63,051 nt of DNA, from positions 1 to 63,051 of the IMG/VR virus record IMGVR_UViG_3300036845_000466. One strand, written 5' to 3'. The notes under the pieces were generated by a model. The model saw only the letters and a list, made by a program, of their open reading frames with translations. It was not told the origin of the DNA and did not search any database. This document shows, piece by piece, positions 18,603-28,077 of the stretch. This DNA comes from a virus. Lineage: Duplodnaviria; Caudoviricetes. Position numbers and translations under genes: made by a program. Position 1 is the stretch's first letter, and every line of letters starts with the position of its first letter.

Positions 18603-19004
18603 ATGGAAGCAGAGAAGTGCACATCGGAGAACCCGGACTACCCAGGTCTGGTATGCGCCCTGGAGGGCCCGCACACCAGCCATTTCCGGCTCGGTTACCG
18701 CTGGCAGGACGAAGTGGTGCGCGACAGCGACGGGACCGTGCTGTACGACCCCGCCGCGCCGCTGAGCGAGCGGACCGGCCTGGAGCCCAGGTTCGCGAGC
18801 GAGCAGACGATCGCGGGCGGCCAGTGCACGCTGTGCGCGGCGGACAGCCCGGAGCGGCTGCCGTGGAGCGGCCAGCGGATCTGCTGGAACTGCTTCGACG
18901 GCCAGCTCAACCTGCTGGCTAAGGCCATCCGCCTGGCAGGCCCCGGCGAGCACCTGGTGTTCGGCGCGGACGTGCCCGAGGCAGCAGAGGCGGTGCTGGC
19001 ATGA
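18603..19004 (+). CDS. hypothetical Cys-rich protein
   Basis: Follows the promoter and AGGGAGAAGATC; CxxC pairs. Confidence 0.75.
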   Translation: MEAEKCTSENPDYPGLVCALEGPHTSHFRLGYRWQDEVVRDSDGTVLYDPAAPLSERTGLEPRFASEQTIAGGQCTLCAADSPERLPWSGQRICWNCFDGQLNLLAKAIRLAGPGEHLVFGADVPEAAEAVLA

Positions 19005-19375
19005 GAAGCACCGACGCAGCGAAGCTGGTCAACAGCGCAGCTTTCCACCCCGACTACCAGATCATCGCGACCCCGGTCTTCGGTCAGTCGCTGGTGCTCC
19101 AGGTCCAGCACCGTACGTACGACTCCAGCGACATCGACCACTGGGGCCAGTACTACCGGCGGGTAACCATCGGTCCGACCTACGACCTCGAGGTCGCCGA
19201 CCTCGACGAAGACGGCGTGCTCTTCGGGGTCGCGCAGAAGCTGCTCGAGTTCCAGGGCCACGAGATCCGCGAGTTCCTGCGGGTCCAGCGCGGCGGGGAC
19301 TGGGTGGCCCCGTTCCACCCGCACACCCGGAACGGCCGGGACAACTGGGAGAAGAGAGGCGGCAAGACAGCATGA
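19001..19375 (+). CDS. hypothetical protein
   Basis: ATGA coupling; GHEIREFLR...PFHPH motif. Confidence 0.75.
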   Translation: MRSTDAAKLVNSAAFHPDYQIIATPVFGQSLVLQVQHRTYDSSDIDHWGQYYRRVTIGPTYDLEVADLDEDGVLFGVAQKLLEFQGHEIREFLRVQRGGDWVAPFHPHTRNGRDNWEKRGGKTA

Positions 19376-19815
19376 GCGAGGCGACGACATTCACCGGCAC
19401 TGACGACGACGGCGAGGACTTCACCGTGGTCTGCCACAACGGGTGCCCTGGGGGCGCGCAGGGACAGCACAAGATGTCCTGCGTCTGGTCCGGCCCGTGG
19501 TTCGTGGACGGTTACCGGGTCAAGATCCTGGGCCACAGCTCCGGGCACACCTCGGCGCAGGTGTGCACCGAGGACGAGCGCGGTGAGCACGCGCACGTCG
19601 ACTCCGGCCAGCTCACCCGGGTCCGCTACGGCGATATCAGAGTCATGCTGACCAGGAGCGACGGCAACACGATGGCGCTGATGAGCAAGGTTGGCGCCGC
19701 GCTGCGCAAGGCCGGCCACGGAGACCGCATAGAAGACCTGACTGAGGAAGTATTCGCAGCTCAGAGTTATGATCACGCTCTCCAGATCCTTCAGGAATGG
19801 GTGGTGTGCTACTGA
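19372..19815 (+). CDS. hypothetical protein
   Basis: ATGA coupling; C-terminal DGNTMALMSKV...SYDHAL. Confidence 0.75.
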   Translation: MSEATTFTGTDDDGEDFTVVCHNGCPGGAQGQHKMSCVWSGPWFVDGYRVKILGHSSGHTSAQVCTEDERGEHAHVDSGQLTRVRYGDIRVMLTRSDGNTMALMSKVGAALRKAGHGDRIEDLTEEVFAAQSYDHALQILQEWVVCY

Positions 19816-20000
19816 TGCGGACGTACAGCATAAAGATCAGGTACCGAGTCCACTTCAACAGCCGTGAGCAGGCGGAAAAGACCATCAAGGTGACCGCATC
19901 TCACCGGGATGTCGCGCTGTTCCTGGCCGGCCGCCAGACGGCCGGCGAGGGCATACTGGCCGACTCGCTGCAGATACTGAGCGTCGCCAGGTACGCCTGA
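19815..20000 (+). CDS. hypothetical protein
   Basis: TGATG coupling. Confidence 0.6.
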   Translation: MRTYSIKIRYRVHFNSREQAEKTIKVTASHRDVALFLAGRQTAGEGILADSLQILSVARYA

Positions 20001-20001
20001 C

Positions 20002-20036
20002 GGAATAGGACGCACCGTCTAGGTGTTGATAGAAGT
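20002..20036 (+). promoter_or_regulatory. SigR/SigH-like promoter
   Basis: GGAAT-N18-GTTGATAGAAGT. Confidence 0.75.
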
Positions 20037-20084
20037 GAAGGGCCCGGGAGGGTCCGCCTCCCGGGCCGGACGAGGGAGAAGATC

Positions 20085-20318
20085 GTGGCACAGGAGAACG
20101 TTAGTTGGCGCAAGGCGCGCGACCTGCTGACCGGCGAGGCCGGCGACGGCCTGGTCGGAGCCAACGATGCGCAGCTGATCCTCGAAGACCTGGTGCGCTT
20201 CCCCACAACCACGCAGTTCTACCGCAACGACCAAGGCAGCGGGTACCTGTCCTACGCCGGCCCGAGCAGCAACGGGCCCAGGTACCTGGCTGTCAAGAAC
20301 GGGGAAATGACGAGATGA
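20085..20318 (+). CDS. hypothetical protein
   Basis: Follows the promoter and AGGGAGAAGATC. Confidence 0.72.
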   Translation: MAQENVSWRKARDLLTGEAGDGLVGANDAQLILEDLVRFPTTTQFYRNDQGSGYLSYAGPSSNGPRYLAVKNGEMTR

Positions 20319-20671
20319 ACAGGCGCGAGCTGGACCTGCTCCGCAGCTACAAGAACGGGCCCAGGATCTGGGACGCAGAGGCACTGGTGCCGCTGGTCGT
20401 TTCGCTGAAGGAACAGGGGCTGATCGAGCCGCTCACCGCCTACCCGGGCAACGCGTTCCAGCTGACCAAGGCCGGCCGCAAGGCGCTGATGCTGGAGCCG
20501 GAGTTCGGCGACCTGGTGGTCACCGTGCGGCTGACCGACAGCACCGGCGGTATCCGCGCTGCGGATGTCCAGGCCGCCGTGGAGAAAGCGCTGCGCAAGC
20601 CGGAGGCCGGCTTGTTCGGCATGAACCTGCGGGTGACCGCAGAGAGGGAGGCGACCGGTGACACTTCGTGA
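20315..20671 (+). CDS. hypothetical protein, winged-helix-like N-terminus
   Basis: SLKEQGLIE...FQLTKAGRKAL; ATGA coupling. Confidence 0.65.
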   Translation: MNRRELDLLRSYKNGPRIWDAEALVPLVVSLKEQGLIEPLTAYPGNAFQLTKAGRKALMLEPEFGDLVVTVRLTDSTGGIRAADVQAAVEKALRKPEAGLFGMNLRVTAEREATGDTS

Positions 20672-20672
20672 G

Positions 20673-20834
20673 ATGTTCGCCGTTAACCACGTGACGTGCT
20701 CCAGGTGCAACGAGAGGCCGGGGTTCAAGTGCGTGAACATGCAGATCAGGCACTCGGTGATACGCCTGGCCAGGCCGCACTGGGAGCGAGTGGAAGCCGG
20801 GGACCGGCTGAAGAAAGAGATGGAGGGATCATGA
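20673..20834 (+). CDS. small zinc-finger-like protein
   Basis: Read by eye: VTCSRCNERPGFKC...PHWER; ATGA coupling to the next gene. Confidence 0.6.
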   Translation: MFAVNHVTCSRCNERPGFKCVNMQIRHSVIRLARPHWERVEAGDRLKKEMEGS

Positions 20835-21241
20835 GCGAGTTCGATAAGCGGGCGGCGGTCTGGGTGAAAGAGCACGTCAAGGACGCCCAGGACATCAACG
20901 AGGGGACGGTGGAGTTCGAGATCGAGTCGACCTGGAACGACGACGGCAGCCTCGGCGTCGGTGTCACCTGGTCGGAGGATGTCACCTACGCCATGAAGGA
21001 CGGCAAGAAACTGCCAGGTGGCAACCGGCTGCGCACCAAGACTCTGGCCTACAGCGTCAACCAGGTCATGCGCGACCTGGTGGAGCCCGGCCGGACCCCG
21101 GAGTACCCGGAGATCGGCGCCGAGATACCGCCAGGGCAGAACTACGGCCAGGCCGGCTACGTGGTCGGCGAGTGCGGCCACCGGGTGGCCAGCCAGGAAT
21201 GGCGGGCCGGGCTGCGCAACTGCGAAAGGTGCGGGGGATGA
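20831..21241 (+). CDS. hypothetical protein
   Basis: GGAGGG RBS; C-terminal CGH...CERC. Confidence 0.7.
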   Translation: MSEFDKRAAVWVKEHVKDAQDINEGTVEFEIESTWNDDGSLGVGVTWSEDVTYAMKDGKKLPGGNRLRTKTLAYSVNQVMRDLVEPGRTPEYPEIGAEIPPGQNYGQAGYVVGECGHRVASQEWRAGLRNCERCGG

Positions 21242-21477
21242 ACAACTGGGACGACATATTCGGCTACGCCGACGAGGCCATCGACTGGCTGAAGCCGGCC
21301 CTGGAAAAGGCGGAGAAGATCCAGGCGACGGCCAGGCTGCAGGCGGACACTCAGCTGCCAGTACTGACCACCAAGCAGATCGCCGAGCTGCGCCAGCTTG
21401 GCAAAGACCTCCTGAGCAACATCGACGACGCCGACACCTCGGCGCGCAACCTGTGGGAAGAGGTGCGGGACCTGTGA
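21238..21477 (+). CDS. hypothetical protein
   Basis: ATGA coupling. Confidence 0.7.
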   Translation: MNNWDDIFGYADEAIDWLKPALEKAEKIQATARLQADTQLPVLTTKQIAELRQLGKDLLSNIDDADTSARNLWEEVRDL

Positions 21478-21707
21478 CCAAGGCGGAGAAGCGGCGGCGG
21501 GCGCGGCGGGCGCGAGCCGATCTGGGGCTGTTCATCAGCTACCAGGAGAAGCACATGGAAGTGCATCTGCTCGACAAGGGGGTCGACCCGCAAAAGGCTG
21601 CGCTGGGCCGGCTGCGCGCGGCTCGAGACGAGGTGACTTACCTGTACGAGCTGGCCTGGGCTGAGTATCTGGACGCGCAGGAGCTGGACAGGGCAGTCAG
21701 GGAATGA
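21474..21707 (+). CDS. hypothetical protein
   Basis: GTGA coupling. Confidence 0.65.
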   Translation: MTKAEKRRRARRARADLGLFISYQEKHMEVHLLDKGVDPQKAALGRLRAARDEVTYLYELAWAEYLDAQELDRAVRE

Positions 21708-21735
21708 AACCCCGGCCGTAGGTGTTGATAGAAGT
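21701..21735 (+). promoter_or_regulatory. SigR/SigH-like promoter
   Basis: GGAAT-N18-GTTGATAGAAGT. Confidence 0.75.
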
Positions 21736-21770
21736 ACAGGGCACGGAACCGGTCCTGGAGGGAGAAGATC

Positions 21771-22163
21771 GTGAGAATACACACCCGCCTGAGCCGCGAG
21801 AGCCTCGAGGCGCTGCTGGCCAGGGCGAAAGATGCTGGGCTGGTGGCGGACGACGTGCGGTTCGTGGAGCTGACCGAGCACCGGAGCCAGAGCGCGCCGG
21901 CCGCCTACGAGGTGCAGCTCGGGACCCTGAAGAGCGAGCCGTACCGGCCGCTGCCCGATACCTACGTCAACCAGTACGGCAAGCGCCAGCGCACCCGCCG
22001 GTCCAGCGCGAACAACGGGCACTGGGCGGCCACCTGGCACGAGACCGGGTGGTTCCTGGCCGGCCTGTTCGAAGCCGACCCCAAAGCGAAGGTCACCAGC
22101 CGGTTCGCGAACTACCACGGCGAGCAGGACTTCAGCCGTCAGACGCGCGGCGTATTCAACTGA
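21771..22163 (+). CDS. hypothetical protein
   Basis: Follows the promoter and AGGGAGAAGATC; [17 protein letters not shown]. Confidence 0.75.
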   Translation: MRIHTRLSRESLEALLARAKDAGLVADDVRFVELTEHRSQSAPAAYEVQLGTLKSEPYRPLPDTYVNQYGKRQRTRRSSANNGHWAATWHETGWFLAGLFEADPKAKVTSRFANYHGEQDFSRQTRGVFN

Positions 22164-22174
22164 GGGAGAAGATC

Positions 22175-22336
22175 ATGCTGGATGACCTGATTGCCTACGA
22201 GCAGGACGAGCTGGACGAGGACGCCACGGTGGCGCTGTTCCAGCACCTCGTCGACACCGGCCTGGCCTGGCAGCTCCAGGGCCATTACGGGCGCACCGCC
22301 CAGGCCATGATCGAGAACGGACTGGTGACGCGATGA
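22175..22336 (+). CDS. small conserved phage protein
   Basis: [21 protein letters not shown]; AGGGAGAAGATC upstream. Confidence 0.75.
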   Translation: MLDDLIAYEQDELDEDATVALFQHLVDTGLAWQLQGHYGRTAQAMIENGLVTR

Positions 22337-22527
22337 CCAAGCGCTTCAAGGTGACCTACCGGGACGACGACAACAGCCTGAAGGAATCCAAGGCGATGTC
22401 GATGGCCGAGGCGACCGAGACCGCCCGGCGGCTGCGGTTCGCCCAGGCCCGGGACGTGCACGTGGTCCCCGCCGTCCGGCCGGCTCCACTGCCCGCCCAC
22501 GAGACCGAGAGCGGTAACAGCCGGTGA
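22333..22527 (+). CDS. hypothetical protein
   Basis: ATGA and GTGA coupling. Confidence 0.65.
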   Translation: MTKRFKVTYRDDDNSLKESKAMSMAEATETARRLRFAQARDVHVVPAVRPAPLPAHETESGNSR

Positions 22528-23075
22528 CCAGGAATATCACGGTGTCCGGCTACGCCAAGGTCGTAACGGTCGAGCCGGACGACGAGAATGACGCGACCAA
22601 AGGCGGCGTGCTGCGTATCCGCAGCGCCGCCCGGGGCGCTATCCAGGCCGCCATCCTGATGAACCGGGAGCAGCTGGTCTACCTGGCCAAGGACATACTC
22701 AGAGAATACGGAAGCAGGACCCCCATGAGTGAGCTTACAGATGCGGTCCGCCGGCAGCTGATCGCCGAGGGACAGCCGCGCAAGGAACTGGCCGCCGTAC
22801 TGGCGGCGGGCGGCAAGACCTGGACAGCGGACGAGATGACTGAAGAATTCGAGGTGCTCGGCTTCTCCGCCCCGTTCGTCGGGGCCAAGTGCCGGGCGAC
22901 CGGCGTGATGGGCAGCCTGCAGTTCGCCGTCTCCCCGCCGGAATGGAAGTGCTCCGACTGCAGCTGGCTCTGGCCGCTGCCGGGCAATCCGACAGCAGGC
23001 GCCGAGTGTGACAACTGCGGCGGCGAGCTGGAGAACACCGGCTCCAATCGTCTGTATTTTGGGTGGGAAGAATGA
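22524..23075 (+). CDS. hypothetical protein with zinc ribbon
   Basis: FEVLGFSAPFV...GSLQF, CSDC...CDNC, RLYF. Confidence 0.7.
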   Translation: MTRNITVSGYAKVVTVEPDDENDATKGGVLRIRSAARGAIQAAILMNREQLVYLAKDILREYGSRTPMSELTDAVRRQLIAEGQPRKELAAVLAAGGKTWTADEMTEEFEVLGFSAPFVGAKCRATGVMGSLQFAVSPPEWKCSDCSWLWPLPGNPTAGAECDNCGGELENTGSNRLYFGWEE

Positions 23076-23518
23076 ACGCCGAGACCCCGTACAGCGTGCC
23101 GGTAGGGGTCAACCTGCTGGTCGAGGTCGACACCACCGGCAACGTCCAGGTTGCGGTCCGGGCGGAGGGTCCGGGCGTAGGGCTGCGGACCGGCAGCGAC
23201 GGGTTCGCCAGGGCAGACATCACGCACGTGGCCGGGATGACCGCCGCGCTGAAGGCCGCCCAGTTGTTCGCCGGGGTGGTGTTCCCGCAGGGGCTCACGC
23301 CGGCCGAGGACCGGGAGTTCACATGGCAGCAGCGGCGCATGGCCTACAACGCCCTGGTCGAGGCGAAAAAGCTGACGGAGGGCCGGCCGGGCGACGTGGC
23401 CAGGTACGTCACGCAGTTCCTGCGCGACTACACAGACCTCGAGCAGCAGGCATTCGACGGCATCCGCAAGTACCAGACGATGGTTCAGCACGCGATGTAC
23501 TACGAGAGGTGGTGGTGA
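23072..23518 (+). CDS. hypothetical protein
   Basis: ATGA coupling. Confidence 0.7.
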   Translation: MNAETPYSVPVGVNLLVEVDTTGNVQVAVRAEGPGVGLRTGSDGFARADITHVAGMTAALKAAQLFAGVVFPQGLTPAEDREFTWQQRRMAYNALVEAKKLTEGRPGDVARYVTQFLRDYTDLEQQAFDGIRKYQTMVQHAMYYERWW

Positions 23519-23724
23519 CGGTGGCCGGGAAGCAGAAAGCGTGGGAGACCTGCTTGGTGGTGACGGCGGCCGGGGCGGTGGTCTGCTCCGGGGTGGCGAT
23601 GGCCACCGGCGACCCGTGGTTCTACGCCGCCATCGCGTTCTTCGCCGGCCTGGGCGTCGTGGACTACCTGCTCGAGAGCAGGGCGCAGCGGCGCCGGCGC
23701 GCGGTCAGGCGCCGGGCGGAGTGA
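23515..23724 (+). CDS. small two-TM membrane protein
   Basis: Two hydrophobic segments and a basic tail; last plus-strand gene before the convergence point. Confidence 0.65.
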   Translation: MTVAGKQKAWETCLVVTAAGAVVCSGVAMATGDPWFYAAIAFFAGLGVVDYLLESRAQRRRRAVRRRAE

Positions 23725-23986
23725 CCGGCTTGCAGCCGGTGAGCGGGTCAAGGGAGGGGTCGGCTTCTTCAGCCGGCCCCTGCTGCGTTGCGGTCATCTG
23801 CCGGCGGCGCTCGGGGTCGAGCGTCCACAGGCCGCGCGGGTCGAGCAGGTCCCTCATGTGGGAGACCGCGACCATCGCGCCGGGACCGGCCGTGGCCCAG
23901 TAGGTGTCGAGCACCGACTGCATCCGCCGGACCGTCTCTGCGTCCTGCTCGGCCTGTTCTACGTTCTTCTGGGCTACGAACTTCAT
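23705..23986 (-). CDS. hypothetical protein
   Basis: MKFVAQKNV...; ATGA overlap with the endolysin stop. Confidence 0.65.
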   Translation of the reverse strand: MKFVAQKNVEQAEQDAETVRRMQSVLDTYWATAGPGAMVAVSHMRDLLDPRGLWTLDPERRRQMTATQQGPAEEADPSLDPLTGCKPVTPPGA

Positions 23987-24912
23987 GGCGTGGTGAATTC
24001 CTCCCAGTCGGACCAGACGTAGTTCGCGACCCCGGCCGCGACCCGCCAGCGGTAGCGCGTGCCCGGGGCGACTGCCAGGGTCGTGGTGACGGCGCCCTGG
24101 TGCGCGTCGTCGTACATGACCCAGCCGAACCCGTTCTTGTACCACTGGATCTGGAAGTGGTAGCTGGTCTGCCCGGCGACCGGGTGCCACGAGCAGGTCA
24201 CCTGGTAGCCGGTCGGCCGGACCGCCTGGTAGGTGCCGCCAGGCGCCGGGGTCGGCTGGTTCGCCGGCGGGGGCGCCGGCTTGGTGCTGTACGCCAGGGC
24301 GGCCAGCTGGTCGATCGTGCCGTGGAAGACCGAGCAGTCGGCGGTCCCGACACCCGGCACGCTGAAATTGCTCGTGAACTGCCACAGGACGTGCTGGCCG
24401 GACGGCTCTACCGAGGTGTAGTCGGCCAGCCACTGGACCGGCAGCGCGCCCTGCTGCTCGCCGAACCAGAGCCCGGTGTACGTCCAGAGGTACTTGCCCG
24501 GGTAGCCGAGCGCGAGCATCCGGTTGTACCAGGCCGAGAGCATCGGCTTGGTGCCCTGCTCGAAGTCGGCGATCAGCACCTCGCCTTCCTCGAGCGGGCC
24601 CACCAGGTCGTGCAGCGCGTTGGCCTGGGACGTGCCGTCTTCCCCCGCCACCAGGAACTGGTAAATCCCCAGGAAGCGCACGCCGCCGTCGTGCAGCGCC
24701 TTGCGCCGCGCGCCGTTGTACCAGGCGCCGTCGTCGTGCGCGTTCCCGAAGGCCGCCCGCACGCAGATCGCCTTGGACCAGGACAGGTACGTCTTGTCGG
24801 CGACGTTCGGCTGAAACTCCGACACGTCAGCCAGGTACGTCAGCTCGCCCGCTTCCGATACAACGCGGGGCAGGTCCGCCGGCGTGGTTCCGCCGGCCCG
24901 GAAAGCTACCAC
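23983..24912 (-). CDS. endolysin, GH25 muramidase with FN3-like C-terminal domain
   Basis: ADVSEFQ, GIYQF, ADFEQ (DxE), WLADY, LWQFTS...ADCS; Pro-rich linker; PGTRYRWRVAA...SDW. Confidence 0.88.
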   Translation of the reverse strand: MVAFRAGGTTPADLPRVVSEAGELTYLADVSEFQPNVADKTYLSWSKAICVRAAFGNAHDDGAWYNGARRKALHDGGVRFLGIYQFLVAGEDGTSQANALHDLVGPLEEGEVLIADFEQGTKPMLSAWYNRMLALGYPGKYLWTYTGLWFGEQQGALPVQWLADYTSVEPSGQHVLWQFTSNFSVPGVGTADCSVFHGTIDQLAALAYSTKPAPPPANQPTPAPGGTYQAVRPTGYQVTCSWHPVAGQTSYHFQIQWYKNGFGWVMYDDAHQGAVTTTLAVAPGTRYRWRVAAGVANYVWSDWEEFTTP

Positions 24913-25352
24913 TGAACCGGGTTCGCGGTGATCGAGCCGGAAGCAAACTGCACGGTGTCGCCGTTGACCACGCCGGTGATGTTCGACGTGACGGTGCCCT
25001 GCATGTACCGCAGCGGGGTGGCTGCGGTGTCCCAGATTTCGATACCGACGACCGTCGACCAGGTGCCGGTGGCCGACCAGCTAACCGAGTTGCTGTTGCT
25101 GACCGCCGCCGGAGACGTAGCGCTGTATGTGGTGAACGTCGGGCTGGCGCCCATCGTCGAACCGAGCGCGGTGTAGCCGCTGGCCGACAACTCGGTGCCG
25201 TTGGCGGCGCTGACGTTGCCGTTGCCCGAGCCCATCGCGGTCATCAGCCGCAGGTGGAACGGGGTAGTGGCGGCAGGCGGGGTGACCCCGGAGTTGGCGT
25301 ACCAGTAGTTGAAAACCGCCGCCTGGCGCCCGGTGTCAGTCATGTACGGCAT
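24906..25352 (-). CDS. minor tail protein
   Basis: TELSASGY...TVVGIEIWDTA...NGDTVQFASGSI pattern typical of tail-tip accessory proteins. Confidence 0.7.
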   Translation of the reverse strand: MPYMTDTGRQAAVFNYWYANSGVTPPAATTPFHLRLMTAMGSGNGNVSAANGTELSASGYTALGSTMGASPTFTTYSATSPAAVSNSNSVSWSATGTWSTVVGIEIWDTAATPLRYMQGTVTSNITGVVNGDTVQFASGSITANPVQW

Positions 25353-25637
25353 CTAGTTCACCCCTCCGGCGACGATCAGACCGCCTGGGCTGAGCGGGCC
25401 GGCCACGGGCAGCACCATGACCGGGCGGCAGACGCCGCAGTTGTCCGGCCGCAGCGGCTGGCCGGGCGGGTTCCAGCACAGCTCGCCGGGGTGGTTCTGG
25501 TCCGGCGTGCACTGGGCGGCCAGCTCGCCGTGGTGGTGGTCCTTGTCGCAGCAAGTGCACCAGGTCTGCGTGTGGATGTCGGTCCCGTCTGGGATGTTCT
25601 TGACCGACCCGCACTGCTTGCACATAACGGCTTGCAT
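25353..25637 (-). CDS. Cys/His-rich small protein
   Basis: CKQC, CTCC, HHH, CGVC; GGAGG RBS. Confidence 0.65.
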   Translation of the reverse strand: MQAVMCKQCGSVKNIPDGTDIHTQTWCTCCDKDHHHGELAAQCTPDQNHPGELCWNPPGQPLRPDNCGVCRPVMVLPVAGPLSPGGLIVAGGVN

Positions 25638-25662
25638 CTGCCTGCCTCCGATTCCTTCATCA

Positions 25663-28044
25663 TTATGGCGCTGTCGCCACGGTTATGGGCACCAGCATCG
25701 TGTTTTCCGTGCTCAGCAGGCCAGTCAGGCTCTGGTCTGCGCTCTGGTAGGGGGTAATCGTGGCCACCTGGGCGAAGTCGTCCCACTCGTACGCTCCGAC
25801 GATGAAGGTGACCGGGAACTGCGGGGTGACCTCGCCGCCGTAGCCGAAGTCGGTCAGGATCAGCTTGACCATCGAGCCTGCCTGGTCGGTACCCGGGTCG
25901 ATAGCCATTCCGCCGGTGTTCAGCAGCTGGCCGTAGCTGGCCTTGAACGGTCCGGCGAAGGTGGCCCGCTGGTAGATCTGGAAGATGTAGTTGCAGACCT
26001 GCTGGACCTGGGTGAGCGTCATGACGCCCACGTCAGACAGGTCGATGTAGGTCTCGATGACCTGGTGGACAGCCTCGCTGGGGGCGTTCTGCACGAAGGC
26101 CGTGGAGTAGGTGGCCGAGGTGTTGGTGGTGGTGTTGTCGGCCGCCGTCATGTACTTGGCGACGATGGTGTTGATGTCGCCGCCGAGGGTCCGCGCCACC
26201 GGGTCGGTGCAGACCAGCAGCCTGTTCGGCACGGTCGGCAGCGGGAAGACCGACAGGTTGTTGCTGTTGTACAGCCCGCCCGGCTGGCTGTTGACATACC
26301 AGGTCAGGCCGCCGCGCGTGCAGATCAGGTTGAGCGTGTCGGTGACCGTGCTCGAGCCGGGGTCGACCGCCTGGCCGGTCCAGAACTGGCTGGCGTACGG
26401 CGAGCTGTTGAGCCCGGGGTTCGACCACGGCAGCCCGCGCCCGATCGCGTTGTTGATGATCTGGTCGGGCTCGCTGGTGGGCCAGGTGCTGGTGTAGTAG
26501 TTGACGAAGTTCTGCCCGAGGTTGCCCGCGCCCACGGCGGTCAGCTGCCAGCCGCTGGCGCTCGGGACCGGCTCGTCCAGCTTGCCGTACCAGACCCGGT
26601 GGCCGCCGCGCGTGATCTTGACCTGCCAGCCGGGGTTGAACAGCTGCGTGCGGTAGGAGGCGGGCACCTGGAGGCTGAGCGTCATCTTGTCGCACCCGCC
26701 AGGGCAGACGAAGCTGTACGTCAGCGCGGTGACGTGGCCGAGGGTGCCGATCCACTGCCAGTTGGAGCTGCCAGGGGGAGCCACGGCCACCTGGCTGGCC
26801 CCGGGCAGCGCCTGCGGTGTCGACCCGCCGCCGATGCCGTTGACCAGGCCGCCGGACACCTGCGGGATGGACAGGTTGCCGACGCCGGTCAGGCCGGCGG
26901 TGAAACCGAGCTTCTCGCCCAGGATCACGAAGCTGCCGACGCCGGTCAGGCCGGCGAACTGAACCTGCTCGTACGTCCTCAGGTTTCCGACGCCGGTCAG
27001 GCCGGCGACGTACCCGTGCGTCCAGAGATCGCCCAGCGAACCGGACCCGCTGAGCCCCGCTGTGCCGGCGAAGGCTCCGGCCGCGCCCAGTGACCCCGAG
27101 CCCGACAGCCCGGTCGCGCCGGCAAAGGCCCCCGTGGCGCCCAGCGCGCCGGTACCTGTCAGGCCGGCGGTAGCGAGCTTGCTGTCGGTGCCCGCCGCGC
27201 CGAGCGCGCCGGTGCCGGTGAGCCCCGCGCCGCGCTTGAGGTCGGTGCCTGTGGCGCCCAGCGTGCCCGAGCCGGTGAGAGCCGCTGCGCCTGCGAAGAC
27301 TCCAGCCGCGCCGAGCGCGCCGGTACCGCTGAGCCCGGCCGCGCCGGCGAACGCGCCGGAGGCGCCGAGCGCGCCGATGCCGGTCAGGCCGGCTGCACCG
27401 GGCACGGTCTTCGGGATGCCGACCCAGATACTGGTGATCGACTCCGTGGCCGTGTGGACCAGCTGCGTCCAGGTGTAGGCGCTGGCGGAGTCGGTGACCG
27501 CGACCGTGAACCCGCCGGAGCCGGTCCAGTTGGCGTTGACGATGGCGACCAGGACAGAGCTGGCCGGCGGGGTGAACGACGCCGAGGTTGCGCTGGTAGC
27601 CGTCGTGTTGGAGGACACGGCCGGGGTGGACGCGTCTTCGGCGAGAGTGCCGCTCGCGATGATCTCCGCCTCGGAGATCCACACGCTGCCGGAGGCGACA
27701 GACGGCGCGCTGTATCCGTAGGTGGTCGCCGATGTCGTCGTCGTAGACGTGGAGCGGTAGACCCCAGCGCGGGGCGCCGTGCCGCTCGTGCCGATGAGCA
27801 CCGAGCTGATCGAGGTGGTGTTCGCGTCGACCGTGAACGCCGTGGCGCTGTTGACGACAGCCGCGCCGTAGACCCAGTTACCCGATGCACCCGGGGTGAT
27901 CGACAGCTGCGGCGTGGTGACCGTCGCAGAAGTAGCGGTGGCGCCGTTCTGCGTAAGTGACGCGTTGTTCAGGACGCGGACAGCAAGAACCGTGCCAGCT
28001 TGGATGCCAGTCCCGCTGGCGGTGGCCGTTACGGTCAGCGCCAC
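25663..28044 (-). CDS. minor tail protein with internal Gly/Ala repeats and tail-tip-like C-terminus
   Basis: 793 aa in the tail module; about a dozen AGLTGxGxLG repeats. Confidence 0.8.
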   Translation of the reverse strand: MALTVTATASGTGIQAGTVLAVRVLNNASLTQNGATATSATVTTPQLSITPGASGNWVYGAAVVNSATAFTVDANTTSISSVLIGTSGTAPRAGVYRSTSTTTTSATTYGYSAPSVASGSVWISEAEIIASGTLAEDASTPAVSSNTTATSATSASFTPPASSVLVAIVNANWTGSGGFTVAVTDSASAYTWTQLVHTATESITSIWVGIPKTVPGAAGLTGIGALGASGAFAGAAGLSGTGALGAAGVFAGAAALTGSGTLGATGTDLKRGAGLTGTGALGAAGTDSKLATAGLTGTGALGATGAFAGATGLSGSGSLGAAGAFAGTAGLSGSGSLGDLWTHGYVAGLTGVGNLRTYEQVQFAGLTGVGSFVILGEKLGFTAGLTGVGNLSIPQVSGGLVNGIGGGSTPQALPGASQVAVAPPGSSNWQWIGTLGHVTALTYSFVCPGGCDKMTLSLQVPASYRTQLFNPGWQVKITRGGHRVWYGKLDEPVPSASGWQLTAVGAGNLGQNFVNYYTSTWPTSEPDQIINNAIGRGLPWSNPGLNSSPYASQFWTGQAVDPGSSTVTDTLNLICTRGGLTWYVNSQPGGLYNSNNLSVFPLPTVPNRLLVCTDPVARTLGGDINTIVAKYMTAADNTTTNTSATYSTAFVQNAPSEAVHQVIETYIDLSDVGVMTLTQVQQVCNYIFQIYQRATFAGPFKASYGQLLNTGGMAIDPGTDQAGSMVKLILTDFGYGGEVTPQFPVTFIVGAYEWDDFAQVATITPYQSADQSLTGLLSTENTMLVPITVATAP
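26860..27400 (-). repeat. coding tandem repeats (AGL[TS]G[TSV]G[ASN]L), roughly 15-17 aa period
   Basis: Visible in the translation and as recurring GCCGACGCCGGTCAGGCCGGCG on the plus strand. Confidence 0.8.
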
Positions 28045-28077
28045 TTACTCACCCCCGCGCCCGGTCGCGCGCGGTCA

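Noticed and set aside
16783-21735. GTGTTGATAGAAGT repeats as CRISPR repeats or attC-like sites
   Set aside because: Spaced 1.4-1.8 kb apart with whole genes between, not palindromic, no recombinase seen; fixed GGAAT-N18-GTT spacing fits a promoter
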